DNA of 64,000 bases from Nemertoderma westbladi (lineage: Eukaryota; Animalia; Xenacoelomorpha): the NCBI GenBank assembly GCA_032718475.1, contig JAUCBJ010006976.1, forward strand, positions 1 through 64,000. Direction: 5' to 3'. Positions 20,626 to 35,600 of this stretch are shown in pieces. Positions within the stretch are counted from its first letter, which is position 1; each line of letters begins with the position of its first letter. The notes under the pieces were generated by a model. It was not told the origin of the DNA. It was given only the letters and a program-made list of their open reading frames with translations, and did not search any database. A program made the position numbers and the translations under genes.

Positions 20626-23600
20626 GTGAGTAAAAGTTACCGTAATAAATAGCCGACACACTGAAGTGAGTAAAAGTTACCGTAATAAATAGCCGACACA
20701 CTGAAGTGAGTAAAAGTTACCGTAATAAATAGCCGACACACTGAAGTGAGTAAAAGTTACCGTAATAAATAGCCGACACACTGAAGTGAGTAAAAGTTAC
20801 CGTAATAAATAGCCGACACACTGAAGTGAGTAAAAGTTACCGTAATAAATAGCCGACACACTGAAGTGAGTAAAAGTTACCGTAATAAATAGCCGACACA
20901 CTGAAGTGAGTAAAAGTTACCGTAATAAATAGCCGACACACTGAAGTGAGTAAAAGTTACCGTAATAAATAGCCGACACACTGAAGTGAGTAAAAGTTAC
21001 CGTAATAAATAGCCGACACACTGAAGTGAGTAAAAGTTACCGTAATAAATAGCCGACACACTGAAGTGAGTAAAAGTTACCGTAATAAATAGCCGACACA
21101 CTGAAGTGAGTAAAAGTTACCGTAATAAATAGCCGACACACTGAAGTGAGTAAAAGTTACCGTAATAAATAGCCGACACACTGAAGTGAGTAAAAGTTAC
21201 CGTAATAAATAGCCGACACACTGAAGTGAGTAAAAGTTACCGTAATAAATAGCCGACACACTGAAGTGAGTAAAAGTTACCGTAATAAATAGCCGACACA
21301 CTGAAGTGAGTAAAAGTTACCGTAATAAATAGCCGACACACTGAAGTGAGTAAAAGTTACCGTAATAAATAGCCGACACACTGAAGTGAGTAAAAGTTAC
21401 CGTAATAAATAGCCGACACACTGAAGTGAGTAAAAGTTACCGTAATAAATAGCCGACACACTGAAGTGAGTAAAAGTTACCGTAATAAATAGCCGACACA
21501 CTGAAGTGAGTAAAAGTTACCGTAATAAATAGCCGACACACTGAAGTGAGTAAAAGTTACCGTAATAAATAGCCGACACACTGAAGTGAGTAAAAGTTAC
21601 CGTAATAAATAGCCGACACACTGAAGTGAGTAAAAGTTACCGTAATAAATAGCCGACACACTGAAGTGAGTAAAAGTTACCGTAATAAATAGCCGGCACA
21701 CTGAAGTGAGTAAAAGTTACAGGAATAAATAGCCGACACACTGAAGTGAGTAAAAGTTACAGGAATAAATAGCCGACACACTGAAGTGAGTAAAAGTTAC
21801 AGGAATAAATAGCCGACACACTGAAGTGAGTAAAAGTTACAGGAATAAATAGCCGACACACTGAAGTGAGTAAAAGTTACAGGAATAAATAGCCGACACA
21901 CTGAAGTGAGTAAAAGTTACAGGAATAAATAGCCGACACACTGAAGTGAGTAAAAGTTACAGGAATAAATAGCCGACACACTGAAGTGAGTAAAAGTTAC
22001 AGGAATAAATAGCCGACACACTGAAGTGAGTAAAAGTTACAGGAATAAATAGCCGACACACTGAAGTGAGTAAAAGTTACAGGAATAAATAGCCGACACA
22101 CTGAAGTGAGTAAAAGTTACCGTAATAAATAGCCGACACACTGAAGTGAGTAAAAGTTACCGTAATAAATAGCCGACACACTGAAGTGAGTAAAAGTTAC
22201 AGGAATAAATAGCCGACACACTGAAGTGAGTAAAAGTTACCGTAATAAATAGCCGACACACTGAAGTGAGTAAAAGTTACCGTAATAAATAGCCGACACA
22301 CTGAAGTGAGTAAAAGTTACAGGAATAAATAGCCGACACACTGAAGTGAGTAAAAGTTACAGGAATAAATAGCCGACACACTGAAGTGAGTAAAAGTTAC
22401 AGGAATAAATAGCCGACACACTGAAGTGAGTAAAAGTTACAGGAATAAATAGCCGACACACTGAAGTGAGTAAAAGTTACAGGAATAAATAGCCGACACA
22501 CTGAAGTGAGTAAAAGTTACAGGAATAAATAGCCGACACACTGAAGTGAGTAAAAGTTACAGGAATAAATAGCCGACACACTGAAGTGAGTAAAAGTTAC
22601 AGGAATAAATAGCCGACACACTGAAGTGAGTAAAAGTTACAGGAATAAATAGCCGACACACTGAAGTGAGTAAAAGTTACAGGAATAAATAGCCGACACA
22701 CTGAAGTGAGTAAAAGTTACCGTAATAAATAGCCGACACACTGAAGTGAGTAAAAGTTACCGTAATAAATAGCCGACACACTGAAGTGAGTAAAAGTTAC
22801 AGGAATAAATAGCCGACACACTGAAGTGAGTAAAAGTTACCGTAATAAATAGCCGACACACTGAAGTGAGTAAAAGTTACCGTAATAAATAGCCGACACA
22901 CTGAAGTGAGTAAAAGTTACCGTAATAAATAGCCGACACACTGAAGTGAGTAAAAGTTACCGTAATAAATAGCCGACACACTGAAGTGAGTAAAAGTTAC
23001 AGGAATAAATAGCCGGCACACTGAAGTGAGTAAAAGTTACAGGAATAAATAGCCGACACACTGAAGTGAGTAAAAGTTACAGGAATAAATAGCCGACACA
23101 CTGAAGTGAGTAAAAGTTACAGGAATAAATAGCCGACACACTGGAGTGAGTAAAAGTCACCGTAATAAAGAGCCGACACACTGAAGTGAGTAAAAGTCAC
23201 CGTAATAAAGAGCCGACACACTGAAGTGAGTAAAAGTTACAGGAATAAATAGCCGACACACTGAAGTGAGTAAAAGTTACAGGAATAAATAGCCGACACA
23301 CTGAAGTGAGTAAAAGTTACAGGAATAAATAGCCGACACACTGAAGTGAGTAAAAGTTACAGGAATAAATAGCCGACACACTGAAGTGAGTAAAAGTTAC
23401 CGTAATAAATAGCCGACACACTGAAGTGAGTAAAAGTTACAGGAATAAATAGCCGGCACACTGAAGTGAGTAAAAGTTACAGGAATAAATAGCCGGCACA
23501 CTGAAGTGAGTAAAAGTTACAGGAATAAATAGCCGACACACTGAAGTGAGTAAAAGTTACCGTAATAAATAGCCGACACACTGAAGTGAGTAAAAGTTAC

Positions 23601-26600
23601 AGGAATAAATAGCCGGCACACTGAAGTGAGTAAAAGTTACAGGAATAAATAGCCGGCACACTGAAGTGAGTAAAAGTTACCGTAATAAATAGCCGACACA
23701 CTGAAGTGAGTAAAAGTTACCGTAATAAATAGCCGACACACTGAAGTGAGTAAAAGTTACAGGAATAAATAGCCGACACACTGAAGTGAGTAAAAGTTAC
23801 CGTAATAAATAGCCGACACACTGAAGTGAGTAAAAGTCACCGTAATAAAGAGCCGACACACTGAAGTGAGTAAAAGTTACAGGAATAAATAGCCGACACA
23901 CTGAAGTGAGTAAAAGTTACAGGAATAAATAGCCGACACACTGAAGTGAGTAAAAGTTACAGGAATAAATAGCCGACACACTGAAGTGAGTAAAAGTTAC
24001 AGGAATAAATAGCCGACACACTGAAGTGAGTAAAAGTTACAGGAATAAATAGCCGACACACTGAAGTGAGTAAAAGTTACAGGAATAAATAGCCGACACA
24101 CTGAAGTGAGTAAAAGTTACAGGAATAAATAGCCGACACACTGAAGTGAGTAAAAGTTACAGGAATAAATAGCCGACACACTGAAGTGAGTAAAAGTTAC
24201 AGGAATAAATAGCCGACACACTGAAGTGAGTAAAAGTTACAGGAATAAATAGCCGACACACTGAAGTGAGTAAAAGTTACAGGAATAAATAGCCGACACA
24301 CTGAAGTGAGTAAAAGTTACAGGAATAAATAGCCGACACACTGAGGTGAGTAAAAGTTACCGTAATAAATAGCCGACACACTGGAGTGAGTAAAAGTTAC
24401 CGTAATAAATAGCCGACACACTGAAGTGAGTAAAAGTTACCGTAATAAATAGCCGACACACTGAAGTGAGTAAAAGTTACAGGAATAAATAGCCGACACA
24501 CTGAAGTGAGTAAAAGTTACCGTAATAAATAGCCGACACACTGAAGTGAGTAAAAGTTACAGGAATAAATAGCCGACACACTGAAGTGAGTAAAAGTTAC
24601 AGGAATAAATAGCCGACACACTGAAGTGAGTAAAAGTTACATGAATAAATAGCCGACACACTGAAGTGAGTAAAAGTTACAGGAATAAATAGCCGACACA
24701 CTGAAGTGAGTAAAAGTTACAGGAATAAATAGCCGACACACTGAAGTGAGTAAAAGTTACAGGAATAAATAGCCGACACACTGAAGTGAGTAAAAGTTAC
24801 CGTAATAAATAGCCGACACACTGAAGTGAGTAAAAGTTACAGGAATAAATAGCCGACACACTGAAGTGAGTAAAAGTTACAGGAATAAATAGCCGACACA
24901 CTGAAGTGAGTAAAAGTTACAGGAATAAATAGCCGACACACTGAAGTGAGTAAAAGTTACAGGAATAAATAGCCGACACACTGAAGTGAGTAAAAGTTAC
25001 AGGAATAAATAGCCGACACACTGAGGTGAGTAAAAGTTACCGTAATAAATAGCCGACACACTGGAGTGAGTAAAAGTTACCGTAATAAATAGCCGACACA
25101 CTGAAGTGAGTAAAAGTTACCGTAATAAATAGCCGACACACTGAAGTGAGTAAAAGTTACCGTAATAAATAGCCGACACACTGAAGTGAGTAAAAGTTAC
25201 CGTAATAAATAGCCGACACACTGAAGTGAGTAAAAGTTACAGGAATAAATAGCCGACACACTGAAGTGAGTAAAAGTTACCGTAATAAATAGCCGACACA
25301 CTGAAGTGAGTAAAAGTTACAGGAATAAATAGCCGACACACTGAAGTGAGTAAAAGTTACAGGAATAAATAGCCGACACACTGAAGTGAGTAAAAGTTAC
25401 AGGAATAAATAGCCGACACACTGAAGTGAGTAAAAGTTACAGGAATAAATAGCCGACACACTGAAGTGAGTAAAAGTTACAGGAATAAATAGCCGACACA
25501 CTGAAATGAGTAAAAGTTACAGGAATAAATAGCCGACACACTGAAGTGAGTAAAAGTTGCCGTAATAAATAGCCGACACACTGAAGTGAGTAAAAGTTAC
25601 CGTAATAAATAGCCGACACACTGAAGTGAGTAAAAGTTACCGTAATGAATAGCCGACACACTGAAGTGAGTAAAAGTTACAGGAATAAATAGCCGACACA
25701 CTGAAGTGAGTAAAAGTTACCGGAATAAATAGCCGACACACTGAAGTGAGTAAAAGTTACAGGAATAAATAGCCGACACACTGAAGTGAGTAAAAGTTAC
25801 AGGAATAAATAGCCGACACACTGAAGTGAGTAAAAGTTACAGGAATAAATAGCCGGCACACTGAAGTGAGTAAAAGTTACCGTAATAAATAGCCGACACA
25901 CTGAAGTGAGTAAAAGTTACCGTAATAAATAGCCGACACACTGAAGTGAGTAAAAGTTACAGGAATAAATAGCCGGCACACTGAAGTGAGTAAAAGTTAC
26001 AGGAATAAATAGCCGGCACACTGAAGTGAGTAAAAGTTACAGGAATAAATAGCCGACACACTGAAGTGAGTAAAAGTTACCGTAATAAATAGCCGACACA
26101 CTGAAGTGAGTAAAAGTTACCGTAATAAATAGCCGACACACTGAAGTGAGTAAAAGTTACCGTAATAAATAGCCGACACACTGAAGTGAGTAAAAGTTGC
26201 CGTAATAAATAGCCGACACACTGAAGTGAGTAAAAGTTACCGTAATAAATAGCCGACACACTGAAGTGAGTAAAAGTGACAGGAATAAATAGCCGACACA
26301 CTGAAGTGAGTAAAAGTTACCGTAATAAATAGCCGACACACTGAAGTGAGTAAAAGTTACCGTAATAAATAGCCGACACACTGAAGTGAGTAAAAGTTAC
26401 CGGAATAAATAGCCGGCACACTGAAGTGAGTAAAAGTTACCGGAATAAATAGCCGGCACACTGAAGTGAGTAAAAGTTACCGGAATAAATAGCCGGCACA
26501 CTGAAGTGAGTAAAAGTTACAGGAATAAATAGCCGACACACTGAAGTGAGTAAAAGTTACCGTAATAAATAGCCGACACACTGAAGTGAGTAAAAGTTAC

Positions 26601-29600
26601 AGGAATAAATAGCCGACACACTGAAGTGAGTAAAAGTTACAGGAATAAATAGCCGACACACTGAAGTGAGTAAAAGTTACCGTAATAAATAGCCGACACA
26701 CTGAAGTGAGTAAAAGTTACAGGAATAAATAGCTGACACACTGAAGTGAGTAAAAGTTACAGGAATAAATAGCCGACACACTGAAGTGAGTAAAAGTTAC
26801 CGGAATAAATAGCCGGCACACTGAAGTGAGTAAAAGTTACAGGAATAAATAGCCGACACACTGAAGTGAGTAAAAGTTACCGTAATAAATAGCCGACACA
26901 CTGAAGTGAGTAAAAGTTACAGGAATAAATAGCCGACACACTGAAGTGAGTAAAAGTTACCGTAATAAATAGCCGACACACTGAAGTGAGTAAAAGTTAC
27001 CGTAATAAATAGCCGACACACTGAAGTGAGTAAAAGTGACAGGAATAAATAGCCGACACACTGAAGTGAGTAAAAGTTACCGTAATAAATAGCCGACACA
27101 CTGAAGTGAGTAAAAGTTACCGTAATAAATAGCCGACACACTGAAGTGAGTAAAAGTTACCGTAATAAATAGCCGACACACTGAAGTGAGTAAAAGTTAC
27201 CGTAATAAATAGCCGACACACTGAAGTGAGTAAAAGTGACAGGAATAAATAGCCGACACACTGAAGTGAGTAAAAGTGACAGGAATAAATAGCCGACACA
27301 CTGAAGTGAGTAAAAGTTACCGTAATAAATAGCCGACACACTGAAGTGAGTAAAAGTTACCGTAATAAATAGCCGACACACTGAAGTGAGTAAAAGTTAC
27401 CGTAATAAATAGCCGACACACTGAAGTGAGTAAAAGTTACCGTAATAAATAGCCGACACACTGAAGTGAGTAAAAGTGACAGGAATAAATAGCCGACACA
27501 CTGAAGTGAGTAAAAGTTACCGGAATAAATAGCCGACACACTGAAGTGAGTAAAAGTTACCGGAATAAATAGCCGGCACACTGAAGTGAGTAAAAGTTAC
27601 AGGAATAAATAGCCGACACACTGAAGTGAGTAAAAGTTACCGTAATAAATAGCCGACACACTGAAGTGAGTAAAAGTTACAGGAATAAATAGCTGACACA
27701 CTGAAGTGAGTAAAAGTTACAGGAATAAATAGCCGACACACTGAAGTGAGTAAAAGTTACCGTAATAAATAGCCGACACACTGAAGTGAGTAAAAGTTAC
27801 CGTAATAAATAGCCGACACACTGAAGTGAGTAAAAGTTACCGGAATAAATAGCCGGCACACTGAAGTGAGTAAAAGTTACAGGAATAAATAGCCGACACA
27901 CTGAAGTGAGTAAAAGTTACCGTAATAAATAGCCGACACACTGAAGTGAGTAAAAGTTACAGGAATAAATAGCTGACACACTGAAGTGAGTAAAAGTTAC
28001 AGGAATAAATAGCCGACACACTGAAGTGAGTAAAAGTTACCGTAATAAATAGCCGACACACTGAAGTGAGTAAAAGTTACAGGAATAAATAGCTGACACA
28101 CTGAAGTGAGTAAAAGTTACAGGAATAAATAGCCGACACACTGAAGTGAGTAAAAGTTACCGTAATAAATAGCCGACACACTGAAGTGAGTAAAAGTTAC
28201 AGGAATAAATAGCCGACACACTGAAGTGAGTAAAAGTTACAGGAATAAATAGCCGACACACTGAAGTGAGTAAAAGTTACAGGAATAAATAGCCGACACA
28301 CTGAAGTGAGTAAAAGTTACAGGAATAAATAGCCGACACACTGAAGTGAGTAAAAGTTACAGGAATAAATAGCCGACACACTGAAGTGAGTAAAAGTTAC
28401 AGGAATAAATAGCCGACACACTGAAGTGAGTAAAAGTTACAGGAATAAATAGCCGACACACTGAAGTGAGTAAAAGTTACCGTAATAAATAGCCGACACA
28501 CTGAAGTGAGTAAAAGTTACCGTAATAAATAGCCGACACACTGAAGTGAGTAAAAGTTACCGGAATAAATAGCCGGCACACTGAAGTGAGTAAAAGTTAC
28601 AGGAATAAATAGCCGGCACACTGAAGTGAGTAAAAGTTACAGGAATAAATAGCCGGCACACTGAAGTGAGTAAGAGTTACCGTAATAAATAGCCGACACA
28701 CTGAAGTGAGTAAAAGTGACAGGAATAAATAGCCGACACACTGAAGTGAGTAAAAGTTGCCGTAATAAATAGCCGACACACTGAAGTGAGTAAAAGTTAC
28801 CGTAATAAATAGCCGACACACTGAAGTGAGTAAAAGTTACCGGAATAAATAGCCGGCACACTGAAGTGAGTAAAAGTTACAGGAATAAATAGCCGGCACA
28901 CTGAAGTGAGTAAAAGTTGCCGTAATAAATAGCCGACACACTGAAGTGAGTAAAAGTGACAGGAATAAATAGCCGACACACTGAAGTGAGTAAAAGTTGC
29001 CGTAATAAATAGCCGACACACTGAAGTGAGTAAAAGTTACCGTAATAAATAGCCGACACACTGAAGTGAGTAAAAGTTACCGGAATAAATAGCCGACACA
29101 CTGAAGTGAGTAAAAGTTACAGGAATAAATAGCCGGCACACTGAAGTGAGTAAAAGTTACAGGAATAAATAGCCGGCACACTGAAGTGAGTAAAAGTTGC
29201 CGTAATAAATAGCCGACACACTGAAGTGAGTAAAAGTTACCGTAATAAATAGCCGACACACTGAAGTGAGTAAAAGTGACAGGAATAAATAGCCGACACA
29301 CTGAAGTGAGTAAAAGTTACCGTAATAAATAGCCGACACACTGAAGTGAGTAAAAGTTACCGTAATAAATAGCCGACACACTGAAGTGAGTAAAAGTTAC
29401 CGGAATAAATAGCCGGCACACTGAAGTGAGTAAAAGTTACAGGAATAAATAGCCGGCACACTGAAGTGAGTAAAAGTTGCCGTAATAAATAGCCGACACA
29501 CTGAAGTGAGTAAAAGTTACAGGAATAAATAGCTGACACACTGAAGTGAGTAAAGGTTACCGTAATAAATAGCCGACACACTGAAGTGAGTAAAAGTTAC

Positions 29601-32600
29601 CGTAATAAATAGCCGACACACTGAAGTGAGTAAAAGTTACAGGAATAAATAGCTGACACACTGAAGTGAGTAAAAGTTACAGGAATAAATAGCCGACACA
29701 CTGAAGTGAGTAAAAGTTACCGTAATAAATAGCCGACACACTGAAGTGAGTAAAAGTTACAGGAATAAATAGCTGACACACTGAAGTGAGTAAAAGTTAC
29801 AGGAATAAATAGCCGACACACTGAAGTGAGTAAAAGTTACCGTAATAAATAGCCGACACACTGAAGTGAGTAAAAGTTACAGGAATAAATAGCCGACACA
29901 CTGAAGTGAGTAAAAGTTACAGGAATAAATAGCCGACACACTGAAGTGAGTAAAAGTTACAGGAATAAATAGCCGACACACTGAAGTGAGTAAAAGTTAC
30001 AGGAATAAATAGCCGACACACTGAAGTGAGTAAAAGTTACAGGAATAAATAGCCGACACACTGAAGTGAGTAAAAGTTACAGGAATAAATAGCCGACACA
30101 CTGAAGTGAGTAAAAGTTACAGGAATAAATAGCCGACACACTGAAGTGAGTAAAAGTTACAGGAATAAATAGCCGACACACTGAAGTGAGTAAAAGTTAC
30201 AGGAATAAATAGCCGACACACTGAAGTGAGTAAAAGTTACCGTAATAAATAGCCGACACACTGAAGTGAGTAAAAGTTACAGGAATAAATAGCCGACACA
30301 CTGAAGTGAGTAAAAGTTACAGGAATAAATAGCCGACACACTGAAGTGAGTAAAAGTTACCGGAATAAATAGCCGACAAACTGAAGTGAGTAAAAGTTGC
30401 CGTAATAAATAGCCGACACACTGAAGTGAGTAAAAGTTACCGTAATAAATAGCCGACACACTGAAGTGAGTAAAAGTTACCGTAATAAATAGCCGACACA
30501 CTGAAGTGAGTAAAAGTTGCCGTAATAAATAGCCGACACACTGAAGTGAGTAAAAGTTACCGTAATAAATAGCCGACACACTGAAGTGAGTAAAAGTTAC
30601 CGTAATAAATAGCCGACACACTGAAGTGAGTAAAAGTTACCGTAATAAATAGCCGACACACTGAAGTGAGTAAAAGTTACCGTAATAAATAGCCGGCACA
30701 CTGAAGTGAGTAAAAGTTACAGGAATAAATAGCCGACACACTGAAGTGAGTAAAAGTTACAGGAATAAATAGCCGACACACTGAAGTGAGTAAAAGTTAC
30801 AGGAATAAATAGCCGACACACTGAAGTGAGTAAAAGTTACAGGAATAAATAGCCGACACACTGAAGTGAGTAAAAGTTACCGTAATAAATAGCCGACACA
30901 CTGAAGTGAGTAAAAGTTACAGGAATAAATAGCCGACACACTGAAGTGAGTAAAAGTTACAGGAATAAATAGCCGACACACTGAAGTGAGTAAAAGTTAC
31001 CGGAATAAATAGCCGACACACTGAAGTGAGTAAAAGTTACAGGAATAAATAGCCGACACACTGAAGTGAGTAAAAGTTACCGTAATAAATAGCCGACACA
31101 CTGAAGTGAGTAAAAGTTACCGTAATAAATAGCCGACACACTGAAGTGAGTAAAAGTTGCCGTAATAAATAGCCGACACACTGAAGTGAGTAAAAGTTAC
31201 CGTAATAAATAGCCGACACACTGAAGTGAGTAAAAGTTACAGGAATAAATAGCCGACACACTGAAGTGAGTAAAAGTTACAGGAATAAATAGCCGACACA
31301 CTGAAGTGAGTAAAAGTTACCGTAATAAATAGCCGACACACTGAAGTGAGTAAAAGTTACCGTAATAAATAGCCGACACACTGAAGTGAGTAAAAGTTAC
31401 AGGAATAAATAGCCGACACACTGAAGTGAGTAAAAGTTACAGGAATAAATAGCCGACACACTGAAGTGAGTAAAAGTTACAGGAATAAATAGCCGACACA
31501 CTGAAGTGAGTAAAAGTTACCGTAATAAATAGCCGACACACTGAAGTGAGTAAAAGTTACCGTAATAAATAGCCGACACACTGAAGTGAGTAAAAGTTAC
31601 CGTAATAAATAGCCGACACACTGAAGTGAGTAAAAGTTACCGTAATAAATAGCCGACACACTGAAGTGAGTAAAAGTTACCGTAATAAATAGCCGACACA
31701 CTGAAGTGAGTAAAAGTTACCGTAATAAATAGCCGACACACTGAAGTGAGTAAAAGTTACCGTAATAAATAGCCGACACACTGAAGTGAGTAAAAGTTAC
31801 CGTAATAAATAGCCGACACACTGAAGTGAGTAAAAGTTACAGGAATAAATAGCCGGCACACTGAAGTGAGTAAAAGTTACCGGAATAAATAGCCGACACA
31901 CTGAGGTGAGTAAAGGTTACCGTAATAAATAGCCGACACACTGAAGTGAGTAAAAGTTACCGTAATAAATAGCCGACACACTGAAGTGAGTAAAAGTTAC
32001 CGTAATAAATAGCCGACACACTGGAGTGAGTAAAAGTTACCGGAATAAATAGCCGACACACTGAATGAAGTGAGTAAAAGTTACCGTAATAAATAGCCGA
32101 CGCACTGAAGTGAGTAAAAGTTACCGTAATAAATAGCCGACACACTGAAGTGAGTAAAGGTTACCGTAATAAATAGCCGACACACTGAAGTGAGTAAAAG
32201 TTACCGTAATAAATAGCCGACACACTGAAGTGAGTAAAAGTTACCGTAATAAATAGCCGACACACTGGAGTGAGTAAAAGTTACCGTAATAAATAGCCGA
32301 CACACTGAAGTGAGTAAAAGTTACAGGAATAAATAGCCGACACACTGAAGTGAGTAAAAGTTACAGGAATAAATAGCCGACACACTGAAGTGAGTAAAAG
32401 TTACAGGAATAAATAGCCGACACACTGAAGTGAGTAAAAGTTACAGGAATAAATAGCCGACACACTGAAGTGAGTAAAAGTTACAGGAATAAATAGCCGA
32501 CACACTGAAGTGAGTAAAAGTTACAGGAATAAATAGCCGACACACTGAAGTGAGTAAAAGTTACCGTAATAAATAGCCGACACACTGAAGTGAGTAAAAG

Positions 32601-35600
32601 TTACAGGAATAAATAGCCGACACACTGAAGTGAGTAAAAGTTACAGGAATAAATAGCCGACACACTGAAGTGAGTAAAAGTTACCGGAATAAATAGCTGA
32701 CAAACTGAAGTGAGTAAAAGTTGCCGTAATAAATAGCCGACACACTGAAGTGAGTAAAAGTTACCGTAATAAATAGCCGACACACTGAAGTGAGTAAAAG
32801 TTACCGTAATAAATAGCCGACACACTGAAGTGAGTAAAAGTTGCCGTAATAAATAGCCGACACACTGAAGTGAGTAAAAGTTACCGTAATAAATAGCCGA
32901 CACACTGAAGTGAGTAAAAGTTACCGTAATAAATAGCCGACACACTGAAGTGAGTAAAAGTTACCGTAATAAATAGCCGACACACTGAAGTGAGTAAAAG
33001 TTACCGTAATAAATAGCCGGCACACTGAAGTGAGTAAAAGTTACAGGAATAAATAGCCGACACACTGAAGTGAGTAAAAGTTACAGGAATAAATAGCCGA
33101 CACACTGAAGTGAGTAAAAGTTACAGGAATAAATAGCCGACACACTGAAGTGAGTAAAAGTTACAGGAATAAATAGCCGACACACTGAAGTGAGTAAAAG
33201 TTACCGTAATAAATAGCCGACACACTGAAGTGAGTAAAAGTTACAGGAATAAATAGCCGACACACTGAAGTGAGTAAAAGTTACAGGAATAAATAGCCGA
33301 CACACTGAAGTGAGTAAAAGTTACCGGAATAAATAGCCGACAAACTGAAGTGAGTAAAAGTTACAGGAATAAATAGCCGACACACTGAAGTGAGTAAAAG
33401 TTACCGTAATAAATAGCCGACACACTGAAGTGAGTAAAAGTTACCGTAATAAATAGCCGACACACTGAAGTGAGTAAAAGTTGCCGTAATAAATAGCCGA
33501 CACACTGAAGTGAGTAAAAGTTACCGTAATAAATAGCCGACACACTGAAGTGAGTAAAAGTTACAGGAATAAATAGCCGACACACTGAAGTGAGTAAAAG
33601 TTACAGGAATAAATAGCCGACACACTGAAGTGAGTAAAAGTTACCGTAATAAATAGCCGACACACTGAAGTGAGTAAAAGTTACCGTAATAAATAGCCGA
33701 CACACTGAAGTGAGTAAAAGTTACAGGAATAAATAGCCGACACACTGAAGTGAGTAAAAGTTACAGGAATAAATAGCCGACACACTGAAGTGAGTAAAAG
33801 TTACAGGAATAAATAGCCGACACACTGAAGTGAGTAAAAGTTACCGTAATAAATAGCCGACACACTGAAGTGAGTAAAAGTTACCGTAATAAATAGCCGA
33901 CACACTGAAGTGAGTAAAAGTTACCGTAATAAATAGCCGACACACTGAAGTGAGTAAAAGTTACCGTAATAAATAGCCGACACACTGAAGTGAGTAAAAG
34001 TTACCGTAATAAATAGCCGACACACTGAAGTGAGTAAAAGTTACCGTAATAAATAGCCGACACACTGAAGTGAGTAAAAGTTACCGTAATAAATAGCCGA
34101 CACACTGAAGTGAGTAAAAGTTACCGTAATAAATAGCCGACACACTGAAGTGAGTAAAAGTTACAGGAATAAATAGCCGACACACTGAAGTGAGTAAAAG
34201 TTACCGTAATAAATAGCCGACACACTGAAGTGAGTAAAAGTTACCGTAATAAATAGCCGACACACTGAAGTGAGTAAAAGTTACAGGAATAAATAGCCGA
34301 CACACTGAAGTGAGTAAAAGTTACAGGAATAAATAGCCGACACACTGAAGTGAGTAAAAGTTACCGTAATAAATAGCCGACACACTGAAGTGAGTAAAAG
34401 TTACAGGAATAAATAGCCGACACACTGAAGTGAGTAAAAGTTACAGTAATAAATAGCCGACACACTGAAGTGAGTAAAAGTTACCGTAATAAATAGCCGA
34501 CACACTGAAGTGAGTAAAAGTTACAGGAATAAATAGCCGACACACTGAAGTGAGTAAAAGTTACAGGAATAAATAGCCGACACACTGAAGTGAGTAAAAG
34601 TTACAGGAATAAATAGCCGACACACTGAAGTGAGTAAAAGTTACAGGAATAAATAGCCGACACACTGAAGTGAGTAAAAGTTACAGGAATAAATAGCCGA
34701 CACACTGAAGTGAGTAAAAGTTACAGGAATAAATAGCCGACACACTGAAGTGAGTAAAAGTTACAGGAATAAATAGCCGACACACTGAAGTGAGTAAAAG
34801 TTACAGGAATAAATAGCCGACACACTGAAGTGAGTAAAAGTTACAGGAATAAATAGCCGACACACTGAAGTGAGTAAAAGTTACCGTAATAAATAGCCGA
34901 CACACTGAAGTGAGTAAAAGTTACAGGAATAAATAGCCGACACACTGAAGTGAGTAAAAGTTACAGGAATAAATAGCCGACACACTGAAGTGAGTAAAAG
35001 TTACCGGAATAAATAGCCGACAAACTGAAGTGAGTAAAAGTTGCCGTAATAAATAGCCGACACACTGAAGTGAGTAAAAGTTACCGTAATAAATAGCCGA
35101 CACACTGAAGTGAGTAAAAGTTACCGTAATAAATAGCCGACACACTGAAGTGAGTAAAAGTTGCCGTAATAAATAGCCGACACACTGAAGTGAGTAAAAG
35201 TTACCGTAATAAATAGCCGACACACTGAAGTGAGTAAAAGTTACCGTAATAAATAGCCGACACACTGAAGTGAGTAAAAGTTACCGTAATAAATAGCCGA
35301 CACACTGAAGTGAGTAAAAGTTACCGTAATAAATAGCCGGCACACTGAAGTGAGTAAAAGTTACAGGAATAAATAGCCGACACACTGAAGTGAGTAAAAG
35401 TTACAGGAATAAATAGCCGACACACTGAAGTGAGTAAAAGTTACAGGAATAAATAGCCGACACACTGAAGTGAGTAAAAGTTACAGGAATAAATAGCCGA
35501 CACACTGAAGTGAGTAAAAGTTACCGTAATAAATAGCCGACACACTGAAGTGAGTAAAAGTTACAGGAATAAATAGCCGACACACTGAAGTGAGTAAAAG

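Noticed and set aside
20650-20671. Recursive splicing or 13-nt micro-exons (TAG|CCGACACACTGAA|GT) in each unit
   Set aside because: No polypyrimidine tract or branch point, and the implied 27-nt introns are too short; AG|GT occurs only in rare variants.
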